NCBI RefSeq assembly: GCF_037042905.1
Contig: NC_087245.1
Coordinates: forward strand, 15,006,001 to 15,070,000
DNA length: 64,000 nt
Direction: 5' to 3'
Source of the DNA: Lytechinus pictus
Lineage: Eukaryota
Made by a program: the position numbers and the translations under genes
Part shown: positions 1 through 13,700 of the stretch, one piece after another
How positions within the stretch are numbered: position 1 is the stretch's first letter
Layout: the number at the start of each line of letters is the position of its first letter
Notes under the pieces: generated by a model
Seen by the model: only the letters and a program-made list of their open reading frames with translations
Databases searched by the model: none
Told to the model about the DNA's origin: nothing

Positions 1-293
1 CGTGCCCCAATGATTCAGTGATTCACAATAAACTGAACAATGATAAACAAAGTTTCACATTATTCTGAGGGGCTGTGGAACTTTTCCCTCAGATTGTGTA
101 CAAAACCGTAAAAATGAACTTCTGATTTTGAATTTTTTTGCATGATCAGCCTCCCGGCCCCTCCCCCACTTTCAAAACCAGTGCGGCGCTTGTATTCAGG
201 GTGGAAAAATACATTTCTTTTCAAATATATATAGGCCAGACAAATAAAAAAAAATAGCGAGTCCTTCATTTACTTTGTGCCAAAATATGCACC

Positions 294-567
294 CATGCCC
301 ATACGCAAAATTTTTTCGCCAGGCTGGGGGGGGGGGGGGGGGGGGGGGAGGGGCAGCATGGCTTAAACTAAAGTTTTAAAAGAAATTCGAAAGCGAGGGA
401 GCGAAGCAACCGAGCTTGTCATTGGGACACCTTTACACTATAAAGTGAAATTGAAGGATTTCGTGTGTGGTGAATTTTGTGAACATTTTCAGTAAAAAAA
501 AAAAGTAATTTTTCATTTCTGGGGGCAACTGCCCGGGCCTCTGCCACCCCCACTGCGTACGGTCATG
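294..567. mobile_element. hAT-like MITE
   Basis: Imperfect TIRs CATGCCCATACGCA...TGCGTACGGTCATG; near-perfect 8-bp flanking duplication TATGCACC/TATGCATC; internal poly-G. Confidence 0.65.
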
Positions 568-1139
568 TATGCATCAACTGCTTTGGGAGGCGAAATCTGA
601 CGTCGTAAATTTCTTAGTAGTGTCTACATCCAATTATATTTTTTAGTGTTATCCATCAACTTTTTGTTGGGGTGCATAGACTTAAACTTTCAAGTTTAAA
701 TTGTCCCTGCATGGATAGTTTCAACGCATTTTTTTCCATAATAATGAGCTGAAAATTTTATTCTGAAAGATATGGGCTATGAATTTCCAAGGTCGATTTG
801 AAAGCACACGAGGGTCGAGGTAAAACAACAAGTATAGCACCATATGATTCAATTTACTCATATAATATATCTATATGAATTATTTACTATACCATAAGGT
901 AACACCCTTACGTTGTATCTTTATCATCTGCTAATTTCAATTATTGGTAGATTTTTCTTTCTCCAAGTATTTGAAAAAAACATATCTAAGTAGCAATGAT
1001 GATTTTTTAAATTTCTGATTTTAGTAAAAAGTAAGATAAAAAAATATATATGAAGATATTCATGTATATATGACCTGATTTTTATCAGTCATTTTAGTGG
1101 AGATTATTATTATTTTTTATATTTATTTTATTTTGCTTG

Positions 1140-1720
1140 TGGTAGACTATTTTCGCACGCGCGCTATATGCATGCTTTGAGCGCAGAATTTGTCTGATAA
1201 TTTCAGCTGGTCTTGACACACAGGGATTAATGGCGTTCAGCTCAAAATTTTGTCGTTTTTAAGCCTTCAATCTTGGCGTATTTCAAACTCAAGTGGTGGA
1301 TTTAAAGGTTATTACAGGTGGAGGTGACATTATCGGATCGAGAAGGTGGTTTTGTAGCTCTTAAATGGACAACTCTGTTGTATTTTAGGAGGATAATTCC
1401 TCCCGTTCCGGCTTTTTCTTTTGTCGCCGACATTCTCCGACTGTGACCGGTAACAAAGCCCGTGCAGGGCCCACGGTGCAGAGATCGTTCATTCATTTAG
1501 TCCAGCTGCAAGTGCAACTCTGATTTTTCTGAGTACGATAGTCGATACCGTAACTTCCGTAGCTTCGGCCTTACCTTCGTCGGGGTATTAAGCCGACAAA
1601 TTATAGCGTTTCGCCTGCACTAGGAGATAGTCTTGATCTTGGTCGACGTCCACACCACACAAATTTTTCTCAACTCCACTAGTCTCCAGTCAAGGAAAGG
1701 CAAGTCAGCCGGGGAAGAGA
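1140..1720 (+). promoter_or_regulatory. Putative distal TOP2 promoter / 5'UTR (CpG-enriched)
   Basis: Local rise in CpG/GC directly upstream of the ATG at 1721; E2F-like TTTCGCACGCGCG near 1151; TTTCAAA (reverse CHR-like) near 1281. The TSS cannot be determined. Confidence 0.45.
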
Positions 1721-4700
1721 ATGGCAGATAAAGGTGGATCAATTGACCTGAAATGGGTGGTAAGTTTACCATGTTTACGGAGATATAATCTATCAAGGCC
1801 TAGGCCATTCACACTATTGCGAGGTTAGTATATTCTATACGAACCTCGCACAACCATCGTGTTTTTGTAGTGGATTTTAGAGTTGTCGTTAACATCGCTT
1901 CATAACGTTAATGCACTCATCCTACGAACGAGGTTATAATATAACCTCGTTCTCGTGTGTATACACTAGCATGGCCAAAAAAAGCATCGACTATTTTCCT
2001 CCTCTTCCCTCACCCAAACATCATGACCTTATCGAACTTGATCAAGTGTGATACTTGACATAAATTTATATAACAAATATGATCTAATTGCTGAAAATAA
2101 TATGAAAAATGACTAAAAACTCACAGATTTTTCCACCTCCGGTGACCGTCACTACTCTTGGTTCGTTCAATGGTGTTTGATCGTGACAAATTGAAAAAGA
2201 AAAAAAATATCACGAAGCCATAGAGGTTCATCCACCCGGATGGATGAAACACTACTCGTGATGCATTTTGGTAAACATGTCTCGATAGCCTCGACAGATT
2301 GGCAATTTTGTTTCGTCTAGATAAACATGTTTAAAGAATAAAAAAGTCCAAAAACTCCAAATGGCTATTTTGGGGGGCTTATCTATAATATTTCTAGTAC
2401 TGTATCCAGAGCATCATTTGTCTGTTTTCCTCTTCCCTTACCCTTTCTTTCTTTTTTCTTTTGAGCGTAAATTAATTCTTTTGATTTTTTATTTCTTACT
2501 TTTTTCTCAGTCTTTGTTCTTTGTTTTTTTTTTCTTTATTTCTTAAGGGGAACTCTCCCCTCCTCCTGAAATTTAAGGGGTATTGAATGTGTATTCGATA
2601 CACCGCCGCCTGTGACAACAATAATTCTTGTGTAAAAAAAAAATAGTGAACAAAATATTGAGTGTCAGGCAGTGGCGTACCCAGGATTTTTTAAGGGGGG
2701 GGGGGCAAATTCGTCCGCCAAAAAATTTGAAGAAAAAAAAAAAAAAAAAAAGGTCTTCAAGTTCAAAAGAGGGGGCCACTTGTGGCTCGTCACAGGGATC
2801 AGTTGTGACTTGTCAGGAGGGCAGGGGTACGTCCCTTGCATGAGTTGTGACTCGTCAGGGGGTGCAGTGTGCCCTCCCTGCCCCTTAGGTACGTTAGTGG
2901 TGTCAGGTGAGAAAAAGACTACAGTCCCCGGATCGCGGAGCTCCCTATTATTATGCTTCACCGGAAACAGGTAGGAGCTTATTGTAACCAGCTCTGTGGT
3001 TGCCACTGTTCAGTGGCTAGCTTTCTTTTATTCAGCACAAGAGGGCGTGCTGAAATACTTACGTAGGAGACTATGGACCAGACGAGAATAAGGAAAAATT
3101 TCCTTATGATTTTACCCGATTTAGAAAGAAATCTTCAATTGAAGAACGATATTTGACACATTGGGCATTGGAATCCTGTTTAAGTAGAACCAAAATCTGC
3201 ATTTGGGTCAACACAAGAATTGGTAAGTCAGACTCTTTTACTTCGCGCGTTCCTACATAGAAATGACAGTGTTAGCGGCACTGGTCTCAGATCAGTCCCA
3301 CCCCGTACATTTTTCTGTATGGCGAATGGTCGGGGTGAACCAGTGACGTTAATGATGTTGTTAGCCGAAACCCATTCCGCTACTCACCAGGGCTTTTTAT
3401 GGTATAAAGCGTTCCATTTTCAATTTTTAATGTATATTTTTTAATTTAAAAGGACACAAAAAAGAGCAAAATCGCTTACCTCCGCCTGGAAAGTGGCTTC
3501 GCACGTCTCTTCCACGGAAATAAAAAGAAGGTCGTTGGTGGCGCTAATTAGTAATACGGTTCGCAACCTTAATTCAGCTTGGTGGTATTTTCAAAACTAG
3601 ATTCATGATTCATTGTATGCGCAATTCCAATAATTGTTTGATAAAATAGAGACCCCAATAAATGCAATAACTTAAAACACATACTTTTTTATTATTTTTG
3701 CTGACGATAATACTTTTTGGAAAATATTCAAAACGATGACAAATTAAACAAAGAAAATGGAAAATTCTATGTACCTTGAACAAAGCCCCGCAAGTGCTAC
3801 CGTTCGTTTGTCAATTAACGTTCCACCAAAGTCTTTACAGTAAAAAGATTGAACACTTTGCCGACTTCTCGTAACGCTTTGCATCGATTCACGTGTAAGA
3901 TAATTTCTGTGTCTAGTCTTTCAATTGTAGTGTCTTTGATATGAAGATAAATCGCGCGCCCTCTTTCGCTCATTAGACGAAAAATTTGAGAGCTAGAAAG
4001 GTAGCTCTCGTATTTTGTCAACGAGAAGAAAAATCAACGCTTAAATGACGCATTTTGAGGGATATTCATCAAATTATGAGGAATTGACTTCACATCGTTT
4101 CGTAAGTTTCGTAGGAGGACTTCATTCTGTAAGTCCTCGTATGAATTTTTCGTAAATTAACGTTATTTGTTGAATGCGGCGTGCCTTCAATTATTTTGTA
4201 GTCGGCGGCTGAGATGTAGCCGTGGGTGGGCCTAGGCTAGACTAGCCAGGACTCGGACTGAGGAGGCTCCTAGAGAGTAAAAATCATACTAACGAACATA
4301 TGCTTACTCTCCATGGAGCCAGGGATCTCCATCCCATTCATCTGTGTATACCGCCAAAAAACCTGAAACTTTCGCCTCCGAGATTTCTACTTCTAAAAGA
4401 TCTAGCCCTAAATCACGTAAATGGGATACAACTTCATTTACCACATTTCTACGCTATCGATTTAATTTTCAAACTAGAATTCAGATGCAACGTTGGTTGG
4501 CGAAGAACAATGAGAAACAAGATGGCAGCGTAAACATCGAGCAAGTCTCCCCCATCTTTTCATAATATTTTTCTCGTTTTTTTTTAATGAATTCTTGTTT
4601 AAAAATGAAATCGATTGCGTAGAAATGTCAGAAATGAAGTTGTATCCCATTTACATGATTTAGGGCTAGATCTTTTAGAAGGAAAGTAGAAATCTCAGGG

Positions 4701-7700
4701 GCGAAAGTTTCAGATTTTTTGGCGGTATAGCAGATGAATGGGATGGAATCCCTGGCTCCGTGGAGAGTAAGCATACATTAATAAATGATATTTGCTCTCT
4801 AGGAGCCTCCTGGCTAGGCTAGACTCGTCATGTGTCCGGACAGGTACAGTCAAAGTGTAGCATGTTTCTATGAAACTTTAATAAGTTGGTCTTTCATGTA
4901 TTTACATATTTGTCACTGAAAAGTAAATTAAAATTCCTATTTACCAAATACTCTCTCTCTTAACTGATCCCTCCACTTCTTTGGAGATTCCTGGAGTCCA
5001 GATAGAATGTAAATGTATGTAATCACAGATCCGTTTTAGGTTATTTCAAGAGACGTAGAACGGGAGGTATGGATTTTGTGAAGAAAAAAGAGGGATAGTA
5101 GGAGTAAGCTATTGTGAACTTCAGATGACAAGCAAGGATGGTAAGATAATAAGGTGGCACAAGTAAATTGGTGGGGGTCATCACTGTCATAAAGGTTGTG
5201 ACAATATGTGTGGTCTACTAGGCACTCCTTAGCTTTATTGACAAAATCCACACGTAGATGGTTGAGATTTGGACAGGCTGCAACAAAATGCTCCACTGTT
5301 TCATCCGCAGAGTTGTATAAGGGGCAGATACGAGTAGAGGATTTCTTCAAAGTGTATAGACGACTTTGAGTTAGGTACGTACAGGACAGTAGTTGGGCTC
5401 TAACTATAATTTCGTGACGAATTGTAGGTGATATAGAGTACTTAGGATATAGGAGGTTAGCAGAAGGTGGGACCTTGTCTATCCAGAGCCTGAGTGAAGA
5501 TTTACAACATATTCCTTGTAGAGTGAGTTGTCTTACAGCATGAAGCACTTTGTATAGATCTACATACATGTAGATATAGAGAATCTATATGATGAATTTG
5601 AACAATGTAAACAGGCTGTTAAAATCACTTGTGAATTTAATTAGCACAACACAGGAAACCCTGGAAATCAGAGTTGACCGATTATGGTGAGGTATTTTTT
5701 TGTTTTTGTTTTATGATTGAAATTAATAAAGATAAATCACTTAAATAGTGAGTGATTGTTACCGACCGGCCTTTTATTACCGAACACGCGCATCATACTC
5801 ATCACAAAATAATTTCATATGCTCAAAACTTTGTAACATCCTTCTAAAGGGAACTTGAAAAGAAAGGTGATGAAGAATTGTCAAAACCACTTTATATTCT
5901 CAAAATAATAAAATGTGGTCAAAATTAAATAGCTCATCAGTGATTTTGTTGTTTTCTCAACTTTTTCCATAGAAAATGCATGTTCGCTTATACAATACTT
6001 TTCAAGTGACCAAAATATTTCACATGCGAATAGGGGTCCGATTGGAAGCTGATGTCGTAAAAAAGAACTTTTACATATTTATATTCAAAAGGTGTTTGTG
6101 TAGTTAAGGTGAAAGATTGGTGAATTTTATGAGAATAATGTGTTTGATATGATTGAATTCATGAAAAGTGTTTGGTAATACGATTCACTACCATACTATA
6201 AGTTATAGAATAATTAATACTGCATAGATGAATTTAGCCTGGAAGTTGGCAGACATTACTTCGCAAATATTTTCTTGCAACACCCCCTTAGGGGGTGTTG
6301 CAAGAAAATATTTGCGATCAATTGCAAATATTCTTTGCAAAATTACAACTGATAGATCAAAGTTAGCTGTAGCAAATCAGATTAAACTTCTTGTTTCAAG
6401 GAGCAAATTAGCAATCAATCACTAATTTGCAATTAACTGCAAGACATATGATTGATTTAGGGACCAAAAATTGACTTGCAATTGATCGCAAGTTTCTTGC
6501 AACACCCCATAAGTGATGTTTTTCAACTATTTGAAAATTCCATGCTGCATGACGTTGAGTATACATGTGAGGTTCGTATGTTCTATAGGCCTATTACCTC
6601 ACATTGGTGTGAGTGGAGATGGATAGGGCTTAACTACATGTAAGCTACACTACCAGTCAACTCCATCCATTAAAGTGGCATGTCAGAATCTGATGTTGCC
6701 CATCAAAATTCTCCTCTTTTCTTGGCAATGGCGTATGATTTCAATGGGCTGTTAGTGTATGCCAGTAGCATCACAAAGCCAAGAGAGAAATATCAAGCGC
6801 TGGCGTCCCCATGATAAAGGCCAATGTCTCGAAAGCATTCTTACTTGGAGTGTGGACCAAGAAGTGTATTTGTCAAGTTGCTGTAGGATAGTTGCTCTTT
6901 CCCTTGCTGTGTTACTTCTTGTTGAAATGAAACTCTTCATTCTTTGACAACTTCCAGTCAACTATTACACTATAAAAGCAGAGAGCAATAGATTTGGTCC
7001 ACTAAATCTATTGTTCTTTGCTTACATGTATCGTATAATAACATGTAGTGAGTTAAAGAAAGCTGTACTGAAGATTCATTACTGGAAATCATTTTTTTTC
7101 TAGTAGATCTAGTCTAGATCTAGACTTTACATTGAATTTCCAAGATGTCTAATTGTTGCTGTTTCCCTTGCTGTGTCAGACATAAATTACCAACCATTCC
7201 CTTCTTAGAGTATTTGTTCCTCTTATTTTTTATGAATACGCCAATACTTTTTTTTGGTATGATTTGTTACTTTTTTAAAATTTCCGATCATGGAGTATGT
7301 ATTATACACAGTGCGCGACACTAGCTCTGGTCCGACGGTCCCAGACCGGTAAAAATCACTGTCAGGCCAGTAACTTGTTGCATGAAAAGAACAAGTAAAT
7401 TCTTGCCTACGAGCACATGCTTAAAATGGTGAACTAGCAAGTTTTCAAGTAGAGTCATTTCACATGTTTTTTCACCGATCTCACTACAACAGGCTGGCAA
7501 TTGTTCCGTTGAGACAAATCTTTTAAAAAATACTCTCTTTTTTTGTCAAAAAATACCTTTTTTCCTTCTAAGAATACTTGTTTTTGTTGTAGAAGGTTGG
7601 CAGGTCTGCTGTGTTACCTCTGATTAAAAAAACCCTGCAGATTCAAGGCAATAAATTGCAAATTTAGAGGGTGTAGTCGTTAAACAGAGTACTGTTCGTG

Positions 7701-10700
7701 TACACTGTATGGTCTTATCAATACATTAAAAATGATGCCCTAGTGACGACATTTTTGGAAATGTTCTTGAGGAGTTTCCATCACAGGTACAACACAGACC
7801 AAAGTGCACAGACACCTCAGAAATCCATATTTTACAACAACATAATAATTTATGAATTTTACAGTGAAAGGAAACCAAAATACAAGGAGTGAATCCATCT
7901 TATCATAAAGAATAAAACAAAAGGAGCAATCTAAAACTTGTTTAATCAAATCTGTTATACAATAAGCGAGTCGTAGAAGTTTGGAAAGACTTACCGGTAC
8001 ATGTATTGTACTTTCTATGGGGATCCTCAAATTGGCAAACATGATTCAAAATGGCTGATTTTGTGGATGTCCAACTCTCCTTTTGTTTTGTACACACATT
8101 TTCAGGTTTTCCCCTGGGTATTTTACATATATATATATATCACATTATCTCCTCCTGACCTTGATATATGTGGTGTGAATGATATTTTACCATGACATAT
8201 GTTATGCTCAGAAGGAGGTAAGATGCAATTTGAAAGCTAATGGGGAAAATCTGAAAAATTGTCTACAAAACAAATGGGAGAATTATCCACAAAATCTGTG
8301 ATTCTGAAGCATGGTGGCCAATTTAAGGATCCCATAAAAAATACAAGACTTCTTAAATGGCCATAACGTGCTTGTTTCAAAACCGATTTTGATAAACTTG
8401 TTTTAAATTGTTCCTCTCATTTTACTCTTTCCAATAAGATTGCTTCTGTTCTTGGGTTTTGGTTTCCTTTAATTCTCATCATGGTACTTGGTAGATTACA
8501 TACTGTAGATCCTATTCTTGATAGATCCCGATGTGTTAGACTTTCATGTTTTTCTTTCATGTTTCTAATTCTAGACATTATTTGATAAGGAGAAGGAGAA
8601 GGCCAAGACTGCTAAGAAAGAGCAGATGAAGGATGACATCCCTAATCTTCCAGAGATGGGCGGTGGAGACGGGAAACCAGCTGGGAAGAAGAAACTGTCG
8701 GTGGAACGCATCTACCAGAAGAAGACTCAGTTAGAGCATATCCTGATCCGTCCAGACACATATATTGGGTCTACAGAGCCAGTTACAGAGGTATGCCAGT
8801 GCTCAACATTAGCAGTGGCCCAGGGCCACCAAAAATGAGAGTAGGGCCACCAAAATTCTGCAAAAGCCCACACTTGGTGGTCTGGTTGGGCTACCAAATT
8901 TTTGATAAATTGTAATGTTTTCTATTGTTTTAGGGCCACCAAGAATATGAAATTGATGATTTTAGTGGACCAATCGGGCCACCAAGAAAAAAAAGTTAGT
9001 GTGGAGCCTTGGGTAAGCAAATAAAGCAATGCCCTTTTCAGTTACAGAAACTTTTAAGTATAATATTTTACAGTTACAAAAGACAGTAATGTATTTTTCA
9101 GATATAGAAAGTCTTTCAACCACTTCTTTTTGCTTGTTGTGACATATTCTACTGGTTTTTATCATGTTCCTCCAATATCCTGTAATTCTATGGTATAACA
9201 ATTACAAAAATATTCACTTTTCTGCAGCAAAATTTTGCTCATATTTCATGTTTCATATTGGAAATTTGTCATATATTGATCTAGTGACAGTATGTTCAAA
9301 GACATTTGGATAGTTAGTCTTACATATTTTACCAAACAGATAGTGATAAATCATTACATTGTTTGTATGATTGATTCTTGCCTAAGATACGCTGCTAATT
9401 ATAATTTGTATTTTATCTTTGACCAATATAGACGATGTGGGTAATTGACAATGGTGTTATGGTGAACAGAGATGTGACCTATGTACCAGGCCTCTACAAG
9501 ATCTTTGATGAAATCCTTGGTATGTTGCTAATAATATTATTATGCTCTTTGTACAATGATAAACAAACATGACATAAGAATCAGATTCATAAGGTAATGC
9601 TAGTTAAATGAGCTGTGACATGGAAAATGAAAGCCAAATGACCAATGTCAATGGGTTGTTCTCACTAGATCCAACCTGGGCATGAAATATAAAAGTTACA
9701 ATAAATGATTTCATCAGTGCAATAATACAACACTTATAATAATATGATGATGTTTCATCATTGAAATTTTAATGTAAGTTTTATTAATATTAAGACAACA
9801 GACCCAGATAGATATTACAACCTGTAAAAATCCAATCTCGATGGCACATTTCTTATTATCAAAATTGTCTGTTTAGTTTCTTTTTAATTTTCCCATTAGT
9901 GAATTAATACTAAACATTCTTCATCTTGACAGTAAATGCTGCTGACAATAAGCAAAGGGATCCAAAAATGGACTGCATCAAGATCACTTTGGATAAGTAA
10001 GTGAAATGATTCCTTTAGTTCTTAGAGATTTAGAGATGAATTTTATTCCGTTTTCCTATGGAGAGAATCATAATTTCCTAACCCCAAAATTTGAAAAGAA
10101 TGGAGGGTAATATTATACCCCTTTCATAAACCCAATAAAACACAATTATGCGGCTAATAGCAGCATAATTTGGTCGTAAAATCAGAGGAGGACAAGAGTT
10201 ATCCGCATTATTCTGATGCTGCTATTATCCGCATAATAGCGGCATCGGGACAAGATTTTGAGTTTATGAACGTATTTCCAAATAATGCGGATAATTGCCA
10301 TGGTGCGGTCACAAGGTCACCCTTTTCCAACACAACCGCATTGGAGGGGGCGTGTCCAGTTGTCATGACGATTATCCGCCTTTTTCAGGACGGGCGCTCG
10401 TAAAAATAATTTATGGAGTTTGTGAACGCAATTTTTATTGAATTATCCGCATTACTCTTAGGGGGCTAATTGGAGGATATGTTTTATTGGGTTTATGAAA
10501 GGGGTTTTAGAAAGGTACATTTACATCATTGGAGCCAGCCACTTGCTGCCAGACCATGTGAAATTTTTTTTTTAGGCACTTTGGGCCATGGAGAGTCTTT
10601 TAGAGTTAGAGTGAGATAATGTCTTTTTAACTTTAGGAATTTCCTAGAATAGTATATTATATGACATTAGTTCATGAATCACAAGACCATTTCCACTGTG

Positions 10701-13700
10701 AATTACAGTTATTTTTTAAGTCCGCTATCATCAAAAATTCAGTTAAACTTTTGTTTACATGTATCTAGCTTAAAGTTCTTCAAATGAAATGTTTTGTTTC
10801 CCTTGATTCGTTAATGCAGAAGATAAATGTAGAATTCTGAATATTAGTAAGGCATTGTCTCTAGTTTGTGGTTTCTTGGATCATCATGAAACTGAAGACA
10901 ACCTTCACTTACTAAGATGTTAAAATGAATAATATGCTTGTCACTTTTAATTGATTATACTTTGCATAGAGACATGGAACTTATGTGGGGAGTTTCTCAT
11001 ATGCTATTAATGATTTAACTTGTAGACCAGGATTTAGACACCTCGTAACAAAATGTCTGCACTGGCTGATTGTCAGCTCCAACAATTTCATTGAATCTTT
11101 GTGTTGATTTCTTGAAAAACACTGATCACTGACTTTGAATGTGGTAACTGCCATAGCTAACAATGTAGTTAGTTCTGACAATTTTAATGAAACAATATCC
11201 CCCAAAACAATGAAATGATATTGTGGTGCCCCTATTCTTTCCTAAAATCCTGTGTTGTTCTTTAACCCTCTATAGGGAGCAGAATCTCATTAGAATTTGG
11301 AACAATGGGAAAGGTATTCCTGTGGTAGAACACAAAGGAGAGAAGATGTTTGTACCAGAAATGATCTTTGGGCATCTCCTAACCTCAAGTAACTATGACG
11401 ACGAAGAGAAAAAAGTTACAGGTAAATTTCTATGGTTGAGTCCCATTTCTTAACCCAATGTACATCTAGCACGAGGGGGGGGGGGCAACATTCTTTTTTT
11501 TTAATTGGTTAATTCATGATATTTAGTTGTAATCCTAGCTCCCCAAGGTGTCATAAATGCATCAGCTCTCAATTAAGCTATCGTTAATGGGATGCACATT
11601 TTTTAAAGCTTAAAACCATATTATAGGTTTTTGAAATAGAAGAAGATAACAAAAAATGACGAATTTGAGATGGAATATGAAATATGTGTAATGTAAATTT
11701 TGTTTGTTTTATGTTGACTTACTCATGAGCTGTTGTTTTTTCTCTCTTCAATAGGTGGTCGAAATGGGTATGGAGCTAAACTGTGCAATATCTTCAGCAC
11801 AAAGTTCACAGTGATCACAGCTTGTAAAGAATACAAGAAGAAGTTCAAGCAGGTAAATTTAGACAATTGAATTGTTTTTTGTTTTAAGGAGACTGAAAAT
11901 CAATTAATTTTATTTTGTAGCTGTCTCAGGATTGCAAAATGCAGATATGTGTCAAAACTTTTAGTAGTATTTTTTTTTAAAATCAATTGTGTCCCTGTCT
12001 GTACAGACTAGTTTAGTAAATATTAATTTTGTGTCATGTCTTGTCTCTGTATACCATTTTGTTATTTAATATCTGCTCTTTTTAGGTCTCATGCTTTCAT
12101 TATAATTTAGTGCAAAAATGAGCAATCACTGCAGAATTTTGCATATTTGTGTATGTGCTTATCAACAGCCATAGAATTTACAATAAGTCATATTTTGTCC
12201 TACTTGAAATTTCACATGATTTCAAACATTGTTAACTAAACAACATTTCTTAGCCAAGACTGTCTTAAGAAAAAAAATTGAGTTGGGGATTGAAGGGATA
12301 ATCTATCGGTTTAATAACTTTACCTCCGTGTTGTATAAAATTTCGATGCAGGATTCTTGTCTGAAACACAAATAGTTTTCCAAAATACATATACCATTAC
12401 CCAACCATTTGTTTATTGAAATTGAACACAGTCAAAATATTGTTCATTTTATTGCAATATTTTGCAGCTCTATATGGATGTAATTGTCAATTACATCCAA
12501 CTTTTTATAGAATTTTTTTTTCTTGTAAAAATGAAGAAAATACTGTGCATTTGTGATATTAGAATCAATATGAATTTAGAACTAAGGGATAAACAGTTGA
12601 GAAAGATCTCAAAGAATAAATTTCATTATTCTCAAATAAAGCAAGATAAATGCTTTATTCTATTTTTTTTGTCTTCAATTTTGTTGACGATATGCTTTAA
12701 TTTTTCAAATCTTCAGTCGTGGCATAGCAACATGTCCAAGACAACCCCACCAAAGATCTCTCCATTTGATGGGAGTGATTTTACTGAGGTGACCTTTAAT
12801 CCTGACTTGTCGAAGTTTAAGATGACAGAGCTTGATGATGATACCATGGCTCTTCTGACCCGGAGAGCGTATGATATTGCAGGAGCCAACAAAGGCCTCA
12901 AGGTCTTCTTGAATGAAAAGCGTCTTCTAGTGAGTAGATCATTTCTTCTTACAATAGTGATGAATATCTGGGGTTTTGGCAGTAAAGTACCCAAGACATC
13001 ATAATGGATAGCATTCTTGTGGCTGACCTTAGTTTAAGTCTAGAGTAAAAAAAAAAATTAGTTGAAACTTCTTTTGCAAAGCTAGGTTTCACTTTCCTCA
13101 TTTGTGCATGCTATCACTTCTCATTTTCATTCCAAAAGCAGCAAAGGTAATTATTTTGACCTTTTTCACAGTAGGGTTAAAGCCAGTGTCAAGTGATGAC
13201 AGTAGACAAATTGTTGTTTCAAAATTAAAGTAGCATCAAATTATCTGCCGAGAAGATAGAAATATGTGTTTGAGATCATATAAAATTTTGCTCATGATTT
13301 ACAATAAATTTCAGTGTTTTTCTGAGATGCAATTTTTTTCTAACCTCCACTTTTGACCTCTGCCAGTGATAGTGACCCCTTAACTGCTGGAATGTGAAAT
13401 GAAAATGATTCGGTAGTTGCTTGTTTATCTTGATAATGAAAATTTGGCAACGCACCAATCATGAGGAGATGGTTGATTTTACAGAAGGAGACAGCAATGA
13501 CAGAGTAATTTAGCAATGTCTTGATTGATATCTTGTAGGTAAATGGCTTCAAATCCTACGTGGATCTCTACGTCAAGGATAAGGAAGACGAGACTGGAAA
13601 TCGTCTCAAGGTCATTCACGAGCAGGTGAACCCACGCTGGGAGGTGTGTGTTTGTCTGAGTGAGAAAGGCTTTCAACAGGTCAGCTTTGTCAACAGTATT

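Noticed and set aside
326..352. Poly-G/poly-C runs here and elsewhere as functional G-quadruplexes
   Set aside because: They mostly lie within MITEs, homopolymer lengths are unreliable and there is no evidence of function.
6750..6900. Minus-strand words KY...AFETL..WG..FL reminiscent of a CRE-type retrotransposon endonuclease
   Set aside because: Needs frameshifts and is too short to support without a profile search.
8626..8628. ATG (MKDDIP...) as the TOP2 start
   Set aside because: The frame is open back to an acceptor at 8575, and an upstream exon restores the TOP2B-like WV|TLFD junction.
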